Assembly (NCBI RefSeq): GCF_006345805.1
Contig: NW_021834310.1
Span: forward strand, 40,595-104,594
Length of the DNA: 64,000 nucleotides
Origin: Octopus sinensis
Taxonomy: Eukaryota
Reading direction: 5' to 3'
Shown: one piece after another, positions 24,120 to 38,125 of the stretch
Position numbering within the stretch: position 1 is the stretch's first letter
Layout of the letters: the number at the start of each line of letters is the position of its first letter
Translations under genes and position numbers: made by a program
The notes under the pieces: generated by a model
Told to the model about the DNA's origin: nothing
Database searches by the model: none
Seen by the model: the letters and a program-made list of their open reading frames with translations, nothing else

Positions 24120-25349
24120 CTCTTTTTTTTGACACTCTTAAATCCATCGACGCCCATGTGGCTTTCTTCCTACTGAAGAACTTTCTTGCCTTTCCTCGTT
24201 TGGAGTACGCACTTCGCACTTCTCCCTGTTTCCGATTCCCGGATGCAGTCGGAGAATTCGATTCGCTGCTCAGGAATACTCTCGTTCAAATCTCAAACGT
24301 ACATTTTGACGAAATGGGCTGGAACAGGCTATCCTGCATATCAGGCACGGGGGTCTCGGATTCCAAGCGCCCTCGGTCCTCTCCTTGCCATGTTTTCTTT
24401 CCTCCTCTCACCGATGCATGCCTCTCGTAGTCCAGATCCTTCCTCCTCCCTCTGGATCGCTCACGGACTCAGAGCTTTCATACGGCACATCGTTGTGGAC
24501 AGATTGCGGACTAAAAACTCCCGTTGACCTATGCCTTATGCGCGAATGGACGGAGATCAGCAGCCTTCAGTCTTTCCGGTACTTACTGTCTCACGGAGAC
24601 CAACACCGGCGTGCTTGTCTGTTGTCTGGAGCATCTCCACGGACTGGCGCTGGATCAACGCCTATCCTTCCCCCGCAGCTGGAACCTTCCTGGACCCAGA
24701 CTGTTTAAGAATCGGAATATCTCTCCGACTCGGCTTGGACATTTGCCAGCTTCACCAATGCCGTTGCGGGGCTCATATAGACCGCAAAGGTCTACACCCG
24801 CTCTCTCCTGCCGCAAATGCCCTGGGAGGTTCCCCAGGCACGGACAGCTTAATTCCATAATAAAGCGTCTGCTCGAGGCAACCGGCATCCCGTGCCAGCT
24901 GGAGCCCTCTGGCCTTAACAGGGCGATGGCAAGAGGCCGGACGGCGTCTCGCTCTTCCCGTTCAAGTGCGGCAAAGCGATCGTCTGGGACGCGACATGCT
25001 CTGACACTTTTGCGTCAACATGCCTTCTCGCGTCCGCGATCGAAGCTGGCACAGCGGCGAGGAGGGCAGAGACCCGGAAGAGAAAGACAAGTACGCCTCG
25101 CTCGCCGACAGATTCCTCTTTGTGCCTGTTTCAGTCGAAACATCAGGCACATTCGGCCCAGCCACGCTACGTTTTCTCACCGAGAGAGGTTGTCACCTCG
25201 GGAGGATTAGAAACGACCCCCGTGAGGTCAATCGGCTTTTTGAGCGCGTCTCAATAGCCGTACTCAGGGGGAACAGTTTCTCTATTCTCTCTGCGGCTAG
25301 TAGCTGACTTCTTGTTCCATTTCTTTTCTAGCTAAATAATAAAAAAAAT
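24120..25349 (+). mobile_element. 5'-truncated CRE, 8 bp TSD TAATTAGT (frameshifted copy)
   Basis: Duplicate of 44941-46170. TSD at 24112-24119 and 25350-25357. Confidence 0.85.
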
Positions 25350-25352
25350 TAA

Positions 25353-28200
25353 TTAGTTATTTATTTTTTTTGCTTGCGCGTTCCCGCGCACGATTGCGAG
25401 TGAGATCCTCTGCCTCAACCAAGAGGACTCGCGAGCATCCATCTTCTTCCGAGCGATGAGGATACCGAGGTCTTTTAGGTAGCATGAGGTCTGCGGGCCG
25501 GAAGCGCCTGATGTCTCAAGAGCCACAGGCACGCGAAGGAATGCCGAGTGGCAAGATTCTTGTACTTTTCCACTTTGCGGGCTTCCGCCACGGCCGCGAC
25601 AGAGCCGAGAACGGAACGGGAGAAGCGAGACGGATCGTGTAGAGCGGATGGGGACCCGTGTCTGCGCACGTGGCGTCCCAGATCAGGCAATTGCCATTCC
25701 GGAATGGGAAGGTGGTCATCCCGTCCGGGCGTTTGCCGTCCCCTCTGTCCAATCCAACTGGTTCAAGCACGTTGGGGAAGCCAGCAGCGTTGAGAGCTCT
25801 TGAAATTACGTCGTTGATTGCTCCATGGCGAGGCGAGCGGCCTGCGCTCCGGCGGCAGGAGAGGGGGTGAAGGCCTTTCACGTCCACCGTACCTCCGCAT
25901 CGACAGGGATGAGAGGCGCAGACATCGAGCCCCAGCCGAAGAGCGACCCCAATGCGCAGTGTTTCGTTGTCCAATAGGGAACCCGTCGATGACGTTGGGT
26001 AAGCGTCGAGCCAAGATCCACTATGCTCGTGTGCTGCCGAAAGCAGGCACGCCAGCCGGTGTTGGTCTAGCTCTGGTTTCATCTTCGAAAACGAGTCGGC
26101 GGCCCATATTTCATCCCATTCACGTTGCACAGACATGTCGGACGGGAGGGGTAGGTGTTTAGCGTCAGTCCAGAATTCCAGAAGGTCGGCAGTCGGCAAC
26201 CAGAGAGAGTTCGTTGAAGGGGAGTAGAACCTCTCGGACAAGTTGCCGGTTTCTGGAAATTGAAGAGAAGTGTGCATGTGGAGCCAGATCTTTTGGCGAG
26301 CGAAGACCGATCCCACCAAACCTGACGGGAAGTTTCGCTTGAGTCCAGCCGATTTCGTCAAAAGAGATGTTCAGGACTGCTTCCGTGCAAGATTTCAGTG
26401 ATTTTTCCAAGTGAGTCAAAGTGTCTGGATGCGAGTAGCATGGCAGGCAGCGGAGCGTGTAAAGAAGTTTCGGCATGTGTATGCTGTTTTTCATAAGGAA
26501 GAAAGCGATGTGTGAGTCTAACTCCAAGAGACTGCTGTGAGGTGGGTTACGGAATTCAGAGTCCTTCTTCGCCAGATGGGCCTTTAGGCCAGATGGGGTT
26601 AAAGGGCATCCAAGGAAGGTTGCTTCTGATGGCTGGATTGTTTGTGCACCAGCGATGAAGCCTTGAATTGTCATGTTGACATTCGGAAAATCCGCCTCAG
26701 GGTAGTTGAGGTTTAGGATTTCCGATTTATCCACGTTAACGTTCAGTCCAAGGTTGCGCAAAGAAGGGATTAGGCGGGATAGGTCCTCGGTGATGGATTC
26801 AACTGAGCCGCCAATGGTGGCGTCGTCCAGGTACCATAAATTGAATGGTGAGAGGATTGACCGTACAGCCTCGTCGATTGCTAAGGCGAATAGTAATGGT
26901 CCAAGAGGGGCCTTGTTGGACTCCTGTTCGAGAACGGATGACTTTATCCCCAAAGATAAGTGAGGTGTCTTCCCCGTACGAGAGGAGACAAGCTGGGAAA
27001 TCTCCGGAGCCCTCTCGACGCATACCTCCATTATACGGTCCCTCCTGACGCTGTTGAAGGCATTACGCAGATCGAGTTTGACAGCCATGTGACGATGAAG
27101 TAGAGCGTCCTTTGAAAGAAAGAGAGTTCGGGCCGCGTGTACGCAGCTTCACAGCCGTTTGGGATCCCGACTCCCAGTTGAAGTGGAGCTAGTTCGGTGC
27201 TGAGGCGTAGACTGGCGTGTCGTGCGGCAGCTTTAGCGGCAAGCCGGCGGAACAAGTTGCCAACAGCGATCGGACGAATACCTCCGTCCTTTTTTCTGAA
27301 TGCCAGTAGATGAGACGAGAAAAGTAGCTTCATAGCAAAATTCGGGATGTTCCCGCTCAGCAACCGGTTTATAAGTGTGTTGATGGCAGTGAGTAGAGTT
27401 GGCCTGCCTCGCCTGTCGTTTGAGAAATAAGGTCTTTTAGGTGCCCTGGGCGTAGTCCGTCTAGGCCCCCACAGCTGCTTTTCCCGAAAGATTGAATTGA
27501 TCGTTTGACTTCCTCGTTGGTCAGAGTCAGAACTGGGATGTCTCTTGGGCGTTCAAGGGTCGGAGGTCGACGGGAGGGTCTGGATGTTTGGTTTTCAGTT
27601 TGTCGAGAACGTCGGGAGTTGGAAGTAAGACCGTGTCGTCGTTCATGACAGTGCGGATAGCAGCTCGGATGTCGCCTTCGGCCAGCTTGCTACTGACACG
27701 TTCACTCAAGTCCCGCCGGAGTTGTAGTCCGGGTTAGGGTGCTTGTTGTCATTCTTCGTGTGGGTGTGTGAAGGACAAGTTTGCGGGAGAAATCTTTGGT
27801 AGAGAGAAAATTTTGCTGATGTTCTGTTTGATTCGTGAGGAGAGAGGTTGTGGATTTTTTTCAGTGCGAAACTGAGTCCCGAGGGTCAGAGGGGCAAAGC
27901 TGATGAAGCGGGTCCATGCTTCCCAAGTATTCAACAGAAGCGTATCGTTGATAACAGTTGACAGGCACATAGCTGTTTGTATGCGGGCAGATTTAGGAAT
28001 TCGGAGAGGGATTTTTAGAGACCGGCGAAAACACGATAATTCGACGAGGAAGGAGTCCACGTTTTCGAATGAGTTACTGGCCGTTGTGGGCATGGTCTGG
28101 TGGTTAGTGAGTATAGGCCCAGAACGGTGGGGAGGGGGAGAAAGCAGACAGGAGAGCAAAGCCATCTAGTGATTGCCGAGGCGGCTTTCTTGCTGATTTT
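25353..28200 (-). mobile_element. CRE retrotransposon (frameshifted copy)
   Basis: Duplicate of 46174-48990 with many single-base indels. Confidence 0.9.
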
Positions 28201-29070
28201 GAGAAAACTTTTTCACTTAAATTACATATAGGAATTTAAATCATGATTTTACTGCTTATAATGGATGGCTTTATAAATTCAAGAAACAATTCGAAATTAT
28301 ATTCAGAATAAAGCTTTCAAGAATCCTCTGTGCCCACGATCCGGATGGTCTTGGAGAAAAGTTGTCGGCACTGACTATAATTGAAGATACGCAATGAAAG
28401 AGACACTTCGGTCCTCGTTTAATCTCCCCATTAAGGATCTTTTCTTTTTTCTTTCGGTTTCTGTTTTTGATCAATAACGACATTCCATTCAGAATAATAC
28501 ATTGCGAATCACGATCAGTTGATATAGGAAGAGCGGAAAACATCCGATCGACTTTTAATAATTTGTTTGAAAACTATGGCCGAGAAGACATTTTCAACTG
28601 TGATGAAACTTCAAAAAGCTGTTTTCAAAAAGAGTTTTGTTGAGAGAAATGAGCCACAAACATTACATAAAATAATAAAAGAACGTATGACAACTTCTTT
28701 TGTGTTGCATTTACACAGGAGAAAAATATAAACCACTTATAATTGGGCGTAAAAAGTCACCAAGAGTAAAGGTGTGAATCTGAAATAAATCGATATTGAA
28801 TATGATGTTTTGTGTCAAAGTCTGAATGACAAAAAAACTCTTACCACTCACATCACACAGGATAACTCGACACAGAGACCATAAAATTTTATTATTTCTA
28901 TGATAAAAATCCTGCAGCACAAATTGATGATGTGATAAAAAGATCACAATATTGGATGTTATTTTATGTTCAAAATTGACATGGGAAAAGATTCCAGATA
29001 CTTTAATACAACATTGATTTGAAAAAGCTTTGGAATATGACTGTCGGCAAACAGAAAATATCTGAAAAAG
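28200..29070 (+). mobile_element. pogo/Tigger transposase relic
   Basis: DFTAYNGWLYKFKK (CENP-B-type HTH), DIFNCDET and EKYKPLIIG. Confidence 0.75.
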
Positions 29071-29178
29071 TCTGATTGATTCGGATATTGTGGAAAAAGT
29101 GACTTTGGAGAGTTACTGGGTTGATAATAGTAGTGAAGAGGACTGCTGTGAACAATTTCCGACACTTATCCAAAATCT

Positions 29179-29653
29179 TCAGAGACACTCCCTCAACGAA
29201 GAGGGCTGACCAACTTCAGTAGGCAGAAACAACCTTTCTATTAACATATTAAACTCCGCTCTCCTCTCCAAAGCATTAATCTGGTCTTCTATAGCAACTC
29301 GTCTTGATAATTTCAGTTTCTGTTGACTCAGTAAGGCATCTCTTTCACTATCCTTGAAACTTGTTACTTTAGTCTCTGCTCTTCCTAGTTTTTCTGCATT
29401 AATATTATTCAAAGTGTCTTTCTACACACGAATAAGTCGATTCTAACACAACCAATCTCATTTCTGTCTGTATGAGACTCAGCTCAGATTCTTTCTCTGC
29501 TTGCATTACCAGTTTCGCTATCTCTTCAGTCGTTTCCTCTCTCTGCTGTGATAGTTTACTCAATCTTTTTAGCTGATCTTTCTTTTTTTGACTTTTAATA
29601 GTCTGATTAAATGGTTTGATTTTGTTGGGTAAGTAAATTAGCAAAAATTTCAA
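29179..29653 (-). pseudogene. Coiled-coil protein fragment, weakly tropomyosin-like
   Basis: Two E/K/Q-rich ORFs joined by a frameshift, with RLVVLES and ERRAEF motifs. Duplicated at 49960-50463. Confidence 0.35.
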
Positions 29654-29829
29654 ATTAACCGACTTATTATCACTATCTAATTCTGGAAAAATGGTTTCGA
29701 TGTTGGACGAATTGGAAACAATTTACTCCTTCAGTGCGCCAATAATTCCGTTTGACTCTTTGAAGCGTTTTTTGGCCTTCTGGAGGCCACTGCTTTCCAA
29801 AATTCTTGATTATTTAAAAGATTCTTAAA

Positions 29830-31110
29830 TCCAATTCAAGAGGAATATATTAGCAGAATTATAAATGTATATGCGCCACAATGTGGAAGAGTGGCAAAAA
29901 ACCCTACCGAACTGGATGAATTCTACTCAGCATTATTAAAAACGTGCAAAGAATATGGCCGTCATCACTTATATTCATTACCTTCGATTTAAATGTGAAA
30001 ATCGGAATAAAAAGAACTTAAAAGATATCTTCATGGAAAGACACTGAGCTGCCTGCGACCATACTTGGCTGTGTCTGCACAGCAAAAAACTGGAAAAATT
30101 ACTTGATTATACAAACAAATGGATTATATTATATGCTTGATTAATGAAAAACCATATCTCATAAACCCACGCTCATATGAAGGTGTAACAACTGACAGCG
30201 ATCACAGAATGGTTATTGTCACCTTCAGAATGAGAAACATGATGTCAAACATACGAAACATGACCATATTATTGAGAACACAGAAAATGGATACGCAAAG
30301 GAAAAATTGATTTTCATCAAGATACAGAAAAAAAATATAAAAATACATCTGCTCCCATCTGAAAGACCGAACAATAGAGATTTCGTGGGATAGCACAAAG
30401 CACGTAATAAAGGAAGCAGCAAACCTGTGCCTAGGCACGCGGGAGACAACCAGTACAGATTGAACGGTACATACAGAACTAGCAAACAAGTCAAAAGAAA
30501 TCCATATAAGGAAACTAAACGAAAAAGAGTAGAATAAAAAGAAAGCCCTTTAGGGGCAGAGGGACCAAATCCGAAAAAAATCAGGAGACTGAACAATACA
30601 CTCCATCAAGATCTGCTCCGGAAAATCTATGAACTATTTAAACTAAAAGATAATTTTCAAATGTATATGGCCGCTCGTTTCAAATGTGTCAAGGATAAAA
30701 ATGGCAAGACAGTGCTGAATGCTGAAGAGCAAGCGGAGGTAATTGCAACACATTTTGAGAAATAAGTTTATTTTATTCAAATAGACTAAGTCAGTTTAGG
30801 TCTGAAACTACCAATGGTCGAGAAGAAGTTGACCCTTAGGAAAAAACTTTTCAGAATGACTAAAATATGGCCAAAAAATATCCACATTTAATCAGCAATG
30901 CTAAGAAAATGACTTTCTCGAATGAACAAACATGAGGATAGCCCTTTAGAACACAGATGGACGCAAATTCCGATTTGGCTATTTTTCATCCACAAGAGAT
31001 CCTGTGAAAGTCAAAGAGACAACAGTAACCCAATCAACAGAATAAAGCTGGAAAGCATGTTCAAGGCTGCTAGTTGCATAACCCAAACCGGGACTGTAAA
31101 TGTATCAACT
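29830..31110 (+). mobile_element. RTE-like relic
   Basis: IINVYAPQ, ELDEFYS and DYII...SYEGVTTDSDHRMV. Confidence 0.75.
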
Positions 31111-31443
31111 CTTATTTTAAAAGGATTTTAAAAAATCAAGTTATATAATCACTTGTCGAATTATAACTTATATATTTTCTAAAAATATTAATTTTTTGAA
31201 ATAAAAAAAAATATCGAATTACCCTCAAGGTACTTTTGTAGAATTTTTTTTAAATAGAATATTTTACAGATTTTAATAACTATATCTTTGGTGAGAGATT
31301 GAATGAACATGGTAATAAAATAATTTGACAAAAATGCTTTAAAATCGAGAAAAATAAAAATTATACTTAATTTTTTTGCCACAATTCCGTATAAAATCGT
31401 CGAGCAATTTTGAGTGCCATTTTATTAGATACTATGTGATTAC

Positions 31444-32425
31444 TAGGGCAACAGGAAAGTTGCTTTTAAAAATGTAAAAAATTGACCTTAAAAGTCAACT
31501 AAATTGCTTTAAAAAATAAGAAAAAGTTGACAGAATATGCATAAAAAGTTGCCCTAAGAAACAGAAATTTATTTATTAAAGCACAACATTAAATAATATT
31601 TAACATTTTCAGGTAGGAAATTTCTATCCTTGGTTAAAATTTTGTGAAGAATAGAAAATGATCCTCCTACTTCACACGATGTTGCCGGGCAATCCAATAA
31701 TAATGCGTGGTGAAATGGAGTAATTGGTAGCTTAGATAACTCTATTATTTCGAAAATGTCGTTTCTTGAAATTCGTAAGCTTATGTAGTCTCGAATTTTG
31801 CAGGAATCTTCTTTAAAATCAACATTTTCAAAAAATGATACGCTCTTTAAATAGTGAATTTATTAGATTCAATTCACATTAAAATATCTGTTAATAAATG
31901 ATATTCCCGGCTTATGTCTTCTAAATTCGTATGAAGAAATTCATTCATAACGGATTCCTTTGCTCTTTGTATCAATAAAGATTCCTCTTCTATACCATTA
32001 CAAGTATTAATGATTTGTGTTAAATTTTTTGCATAATAGTCAGCAGCATTTAACCAACTGCCCCATCTAGTTACAATGAGCTCGGGTGGATATCCAATTT
32101 CTGTAAATAATTGACGTCGTGAATTATTTTTGACAACAAGTGCTTTGACGCACGATATTAATTTATCTATCACTGGATAATGTGATTTAATTCTGAAGGC
32201 ACAATTATGTAATAAATGCGCCACACAAGTGACATGAAATAGATTTGAATATAATTGCTTTAATATTTTTCCAGAAGAAACCATATATGAAGCAGCATCA
32301 GAAATAAGTAAATAAAAATTTTTCTTATCAACACTGAGTTTGCGAATGACGTCATCAATAATTTGACATATAATCGCGGAATTGGGAGCTGTATTAATTG
32401 CAATACAATCAATTAAAAAATATTC
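31444..32425 (-). mobile_element. hAT family B, 3' part, copy 1
   Basis: TAGGGCAAC terminus at 31444. FHVTCVAHLLHNC and TRWGSW motifs. Confidence 0.85.
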
Positions 32426-35400
32426 GGATCACATTACAAACGCCCCCAAATTTACACATATTAAACAAACGCCCCTAAATTTATACATGTCAAACATTCG
32501 ACGAAAACATTAAAATAATGTAAAACTAATAAAGACTAATTATTTATCAATTGAACTAATTAATGCGTCCTCTTACTCGATTCTCCTCCTCTTCGAGCTA
32601 AAGCCAATCTCTTCGATGGGCACACTCATCCATCTCACAGGGTTGGCCTCTTCTGTGGTCGTTCTCAAGTTCGACTCAATGGCCTCACTTGGCAGAGCCT
32701 CTTCCGTTGTTCCATTTGTAAAACGAGTCGTTTGGCATTCTTCTGGCGGGATCATTCCAAATTTGTGTTCTACACGCATACTCTCCAATGTTTTTCTGAT
32801 AACCACCGACTGAATGTAAGCTCGTGTAAGTTCTTCCAAACCAATAGTATCGCAGTGATGTTTATAGTATTTACTCACAACACCATCCCACGTTAGTACC
32901 AATGGTACTATGGTTACCTTGGCTTTGTGGATTAATCCCAGTTCACTGGCAAGCAGGTCGTACTTGTGGAGCTTTTCCACTTCGACTTGCTTCAATTTTT
33001 TTTGAGAGGTGATTCCAATCTCTATAAGCATGATTGTGTTCCTCATTTTATCAAGTACAAAGATATCCGGCTTGTTATTCTCAACCTTCGTATCCGTATT
33101 AATTGTGGTGTCAACACGAATCTCCACAGAGTTATTTGCAACCACTGATTGAACAGAGTGGGTTTTCAATTTCTTAGATTTCTTGATTCCATACTCCGTG
33201 CATAGATGTAGATGTACACATTTCACTACTTCGTTGTGTCGTCGTAAGTAGTCACTATTCAGCATTCGACCACACCTCGTTGCCAAGTGGTCAACAGTCT
33301 TTTTGGAAGAGTTACAGTGACTGCAAATTGCCCCAACATTGTCGAAAAATAGATTACGGTCCTGTATAAAGCATAGCAAAGCCTCGGATCTTGGTGAGTG
33401 AGTTATTTCCATGTGATAACCAATGAGAAGATTCTGCAACGTCGACATTGGAATCATTCAAACAATCAAAGAGAATTGCATGTAATGGTTTTTCATTATT
33501 TACTCAATTAAGCTGTTCTTCTGCAATTCTCTCAGCATGTTCAAATCAAGGCTTCCAATATCTTGGATGTTGTATTTGCGCTTGAGGTATTCAGCAATTG
33601 TGGCCAAATGTGTTCTCTTTGAATTGATGACTCGCAGAATCCCTCCTTTTCTTATGCAGTAACGAGATTTTTTTTCAAGATCACGAAGGAATTGAAATAG
33701 TATCCGTTCACTTTTATGAGTAATGGGTACAAGTCCTCTTCCAAATTGATCTCTTGGAAAGTAAAGCCTTTCCTTGTTTGCAGGCTTCAAATGAATTCGA
33801 TGATGTACAAGGATGCTTCGTACATTTTTGTCAATTTGTTCAAACTCTAGTGGCTCAATGTCGACAAGCCCAATATAATAGTTATAGAGGGATAATGCGT
33901 GTTCATTATGGCTTTAAATAATCTACACGAGTTTAGTTTGGTCTTCGAAAGATTGTCGATCCTCTTTTTTAGTTCCCCAAAGAGTGCCTTCAATACTTAC
34001 ATTCGCTTTTCATTCAATCAAATCCTTCTTCTATCTTCTCAGCACTCCAAGGTATCTGTAACCTTCCATCCCATCAAGCAATTTAGCTTCAGACCCAAGG
34101 TCTGCCAGATTAGTTGCAGACTTTTCGACATTTTTTTCCAGTCCGGCAGCTTCGAAGAAATTGTTTACCTCATTCATCATATTCATCATTGTATCTTCTT
34201 TTGTGAAAATATTTTTAGATCATCCATAAACAGTAAGTGATTTGTTGTATATGTAATACAACCCTGATCTTGGTTATCAATCATCACTTTTGGGTACTTA
34301 GCATTCAGAATTCTACTAAGAGGATCCATCACCAGGGCAAAGATTTGAGGTGACAAGGAATCACCCTGGAGTATGCCTCTTTCCAATTTTACCTCTCCGA
34401 TTTCATTATTATTCAGAATTAGCTTTATTCTCCACTTCGTTACAAGGTTCTTCACAAAATTCACAGTCCAGCTAGGGAGTCCAGAGTTTTCAAGCACCTG
34501 GAACAGAAAGTCGTGATCTACCGAATCGAACGCTTTCTTTACGTCAATCCAGGTAGAAAACAAATTATTTCCGTTTTGCTTGTGAATGCACCGGTTAAGA
34601 ATTGCTTGTCTTTGCCCCTTGACACATTCGCCGAGTCCCAATTGATTATCGGCAATCAGATTATATGCCTCAATATAATCTCCCAACTTCCTGTTAACAC
34701 ATTTCGTTGCAAGCTTATATAGGTTAGACATACAAGTAATTGGTCTCGAATCTTCGGGTCCTTGACAAATATCTTTCTTTGGGATGAGATATGTGATTCC
34801 AGTGTAGAACCACTCATCCGGTATGTATTCACCATGGATTATCTTGACTAGTTCTTCACACAAGTGATCATGGATTAAGGTCATTCTTTTTAGAAAGAAA
34901 TTATACACCCCATCACAACCGCTAGCTCTCCAGTTTGGGAGTTGTTTAATTGTTTCAAGGATGCTTTCTTTACTAAACTCTGCAAATGTATCCTCTGCCC
35001 ATGTCACTCTCTTGTTAATGTGTAACACATTATCGCTCTTCTCATTTCTACTCCATATTTTTCCCAATATGTTAAACATTCACTGTTATTAAACATGAAC
35101 TCTGCACTCTTTCTCTCATCATTTAAACTGCGATAGAAACACCGCCGATTCAATTCAAAAAACCAATTCTGTTTCCGAAATTCTTTTCTTGCATCATGGA
35201 GTCGAAGTTTCTTCTCACAATCTTTATTTCGTCTCCAATGCAAGCAGAAATTCTTCAAGTTCTCCTTTCTTTGCCTTTCGATATCCATATTCACTCAGCG
35301 TATCCCTCGTTGCATTATCAAACTTCAAGCTTCCTTTTTGATCAATAAGTGTATTAGTCTGTTCGTATTGTTCTTTAAGTTTAATTAGTTTTGCTTCCAT

Positions 35401-36750
35401 TATTCCTTTCCAGCTGTTATTCTTAGGAGAGTATTTTGTGAGAGATTGGTATGTCAGCTGTGCAGCATAAACGATATCGGTGATATCATTCAATTGACAG
35501 GAGGGTTGGTCTTTATATATTCATTAATCACTGCATTTATTTCAGACAATATTCTATTTTAAGTAGTTGATATGGGACTTTTTTGGTCGGCTTTCGTTTT
35601 TTTTCGAGAGATAGATTTTACTTGCTCTTTGTAAGAAAATTCAATTGAGCAATCTCTAAAATTAGAGATTTCAGTCTTGTGATTCTTTTCTTGATCCATT
35701 TGAGAGTTAGACTTTGTTCCCGTCATCTTAGCCAGACTCTTCACATTCGCCACAGATTTGGACGTGAGGAACTTTTCGTTAAAAGCCTGAGTAATCATAG
35801 GCCATCCACCACGTGGTATTCTTTTGAATCTTGCTCGAGAAACGTTAACCACTTCATTCGCCCATTTGATCATGTCCACCTGCGTTACTTGATCGATGAT
35901 AGCCCGTAGAGTTAACAGATTAGCAGGACAATCCGGTTGCGACACCGAATTTGGAGGGGGAATATCAGATTCTTGCGTTCCAAGCTGCCCACGGACCACA
36001 CGATCTACGTTATTATTGGTTTCTCTTTCATTATCTTCCGTAGATAGGTCCATTGGAAATGTTTCATTAGACCCAGTAGAAACAAACATGCACGTAACAA
36101 CAAGAATTAATACTCGTATGTAAAACTAAAAATCAAATTTATAAATAAATACTATACTTTAGAAACAAGTTTATTGAACAACATAATAATTTTTCAAAAG
36201 CTCCATTAACTTTTCAAAAGGATCACCAATTACGTTGTCACGCCACATAAATTCGTATAGGTAGTCTTGTAAAAATTCTTTTTTGATTTTTACAAGAAAC
36301 AGTCATTTTCCGTACAAGGAGTTATCCAAAGAATACGTCTTAAAGAAATAAGATTCCCAGTTTCTCGTATTATTTCTTACATGGAATGTGGCAGAGGCAG
36401 ACACTTGGAATCGAACCCAGGACCCTCCATTCATCACTATGGATAATTGATCCTGGCAGAATTACTTCACAGATAATTGGTTTTAAAGTGGCCGCTGATC
36501 GATTTGGAACCACTCGCAAAACCTCTTGCCGGTGAAAATGAGGTATCAACAATACCGAATACCCACACTTGAGAATTAGCAAGTCTACCCCGATGGTACT
36601 TTTGTTTATGACAAAAGAGACTTTCATCGATTTGGCAGACTACATTTTTCCACCAATTTTACGGGGTTACTTTCAAAGTGTCTGTTAATACATTTTCTAA
36701 TGGTTTTAAAAATTTCTATAAGTGTTGGAGATGATACAGTCAGTGGTTTT
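32426..36750 (-). mobile_element. Merlin transposon, copy 1 (5' end and minisatellite deleted)
   Basis: GGATCACAT TIR at 32426. Transposase remnant at 36370-36745 is joined directly to hAT sequence. Confidence 0.85.
32530..36117 (-). mobile_element. R4/Dong-like retrotransposon (frameshifted copy), TSD ATGTAAAACTAA
   Basis: Duplicate of 53343-56929. Confidence 0.92.
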
Positions 36751-36940
36751 TTAACCAAGAAATGTAACAATGTCTCTGCATTTGGTTTCCGAAGGAACAG
36801 AATGTCCATATTTATTAAAAAATCAATAATTGATGTATTTCGTAACTTATGAAGTGGAATGTTTGCTGATAAAAATGCATTTGCAAGATCCACTTTGGAA
36901 CTCCTGTTTAAAGGCATTGTAAAAAAGCAGTCAACAAAAA

Positions 36941-37185
36941 CCGAAGAAACGTGCACTATGAAATTATATTAATATTAAAAAAATATTAAAAAAATGTCAA
37001 AAAAATGTAGTAATATATCCAACGTTGCAGCCAATGTCCAATATATTTTTGTCTTTAAACCACTCACATTTCATAAGTGATAGTCTCGGATCTTCATTAT
37101 TCTGAATTCTGTATCCATAATAACGATCGTAATTCCCATATGGAAAATATTTTTTCTTTGTTTTTTTCTTATTAATATTAGTCAT
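36941..37185 (-). pseudogene. MEPCE: 7SK methylphosphate capping enzyme (Bin3/MePCE) 5' fragment, copy 1
   Basis: FPYGNYDRYYGYR...EDPRL...EWFKDKNILDIGCNVGYIT. Truncated and fused to hAT sequence. Confidence 0.8.
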
Positions 37186-37618
37186 TTTTACGTTTAAAAT
37201 TACAACAAAATTGAATGCCACACTACCTTCATAATTATATTTTTTTGAGAAATAAAATAGTGTAAAATATAAAGTAAATGGATTAATAATTAACAAAAAT
37301 AGAAAATAATATTAGTCAGGTCAAATAATTTTATTTATGGAAATAAAATTTCTTACTTGTAAAAAGCTGAGGAGTACCGGAGTGCACATAATGTAATGAA
37401 TTTTTTCAAGTATGAAAGAAAACTGAATTTTCGCTAAAAGGAATTCCAGAAAAGATTCAATAATTTCTCATCTTTTGAACGGGAATTTTCATTATTCACA
37501 GCACCATTCGCTTTCAATGCTTAAATGGAGATAAAAGATTACAAATGAATTTTTTAGAAATTCAATCGTATTCTATACTAAATGCAAAATATTTGGAGGT
37601 TGGAATATCTTATTTCTT

Positions 37619-38125
37619 CTTGACAAATGCCGAACCCTAAATCACCCTGGCTACTTCCTCTGGCACTCCACTAACAACAGGAGAATAGTTCCGACCCTCG
37701 CGGACAAAGTCCGTAAGCTTATACGATCCCCTCCGGACATTAACCAGAAGGGGATTCACGACCTGGTGGCTACGAGGGCAATCAGATGTCTTGGAATAAA
37801 CAAGCTTCTGGGACGCCTTCCGCCGCCAATTAATAAGATCGAATCCTCCCTCTCAAGAGAAGCCCGAGTGAACTTGGCTCGTCTCCGCTGTGGCCACCAT
37901 ACTGGCCTACACGATTATCGCATAAAAATCGGTCTTGGTGAAATAACCCCTCCTATTCCCTCAACGACCTTTTCTCCTGTCCAGGCCCGCCTTCTACTTC
38001 CTCGGAACACGGATCACGATCGGGGATCTTGGGAGCGTCCGACATTGGCCTAACGTTCTTGTTAGCCACCGGCTTCCTTCAATTGAAGGGGCCGGGGGTA
38101 AATAAATAAATAAATAAATAAATAA
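37619..38125 (+). mobile_element. 5'-truncated LINE (I/Jockey-group-like 3' end) with a (TAAA)n tail and 7 bp TSD ATTTCTT
   Basis: LSREARVNLARLRCGHH. TSD at 37612-37618 and 38126-38132, with an empty site near 62147-62153. Confidence 0.85.
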
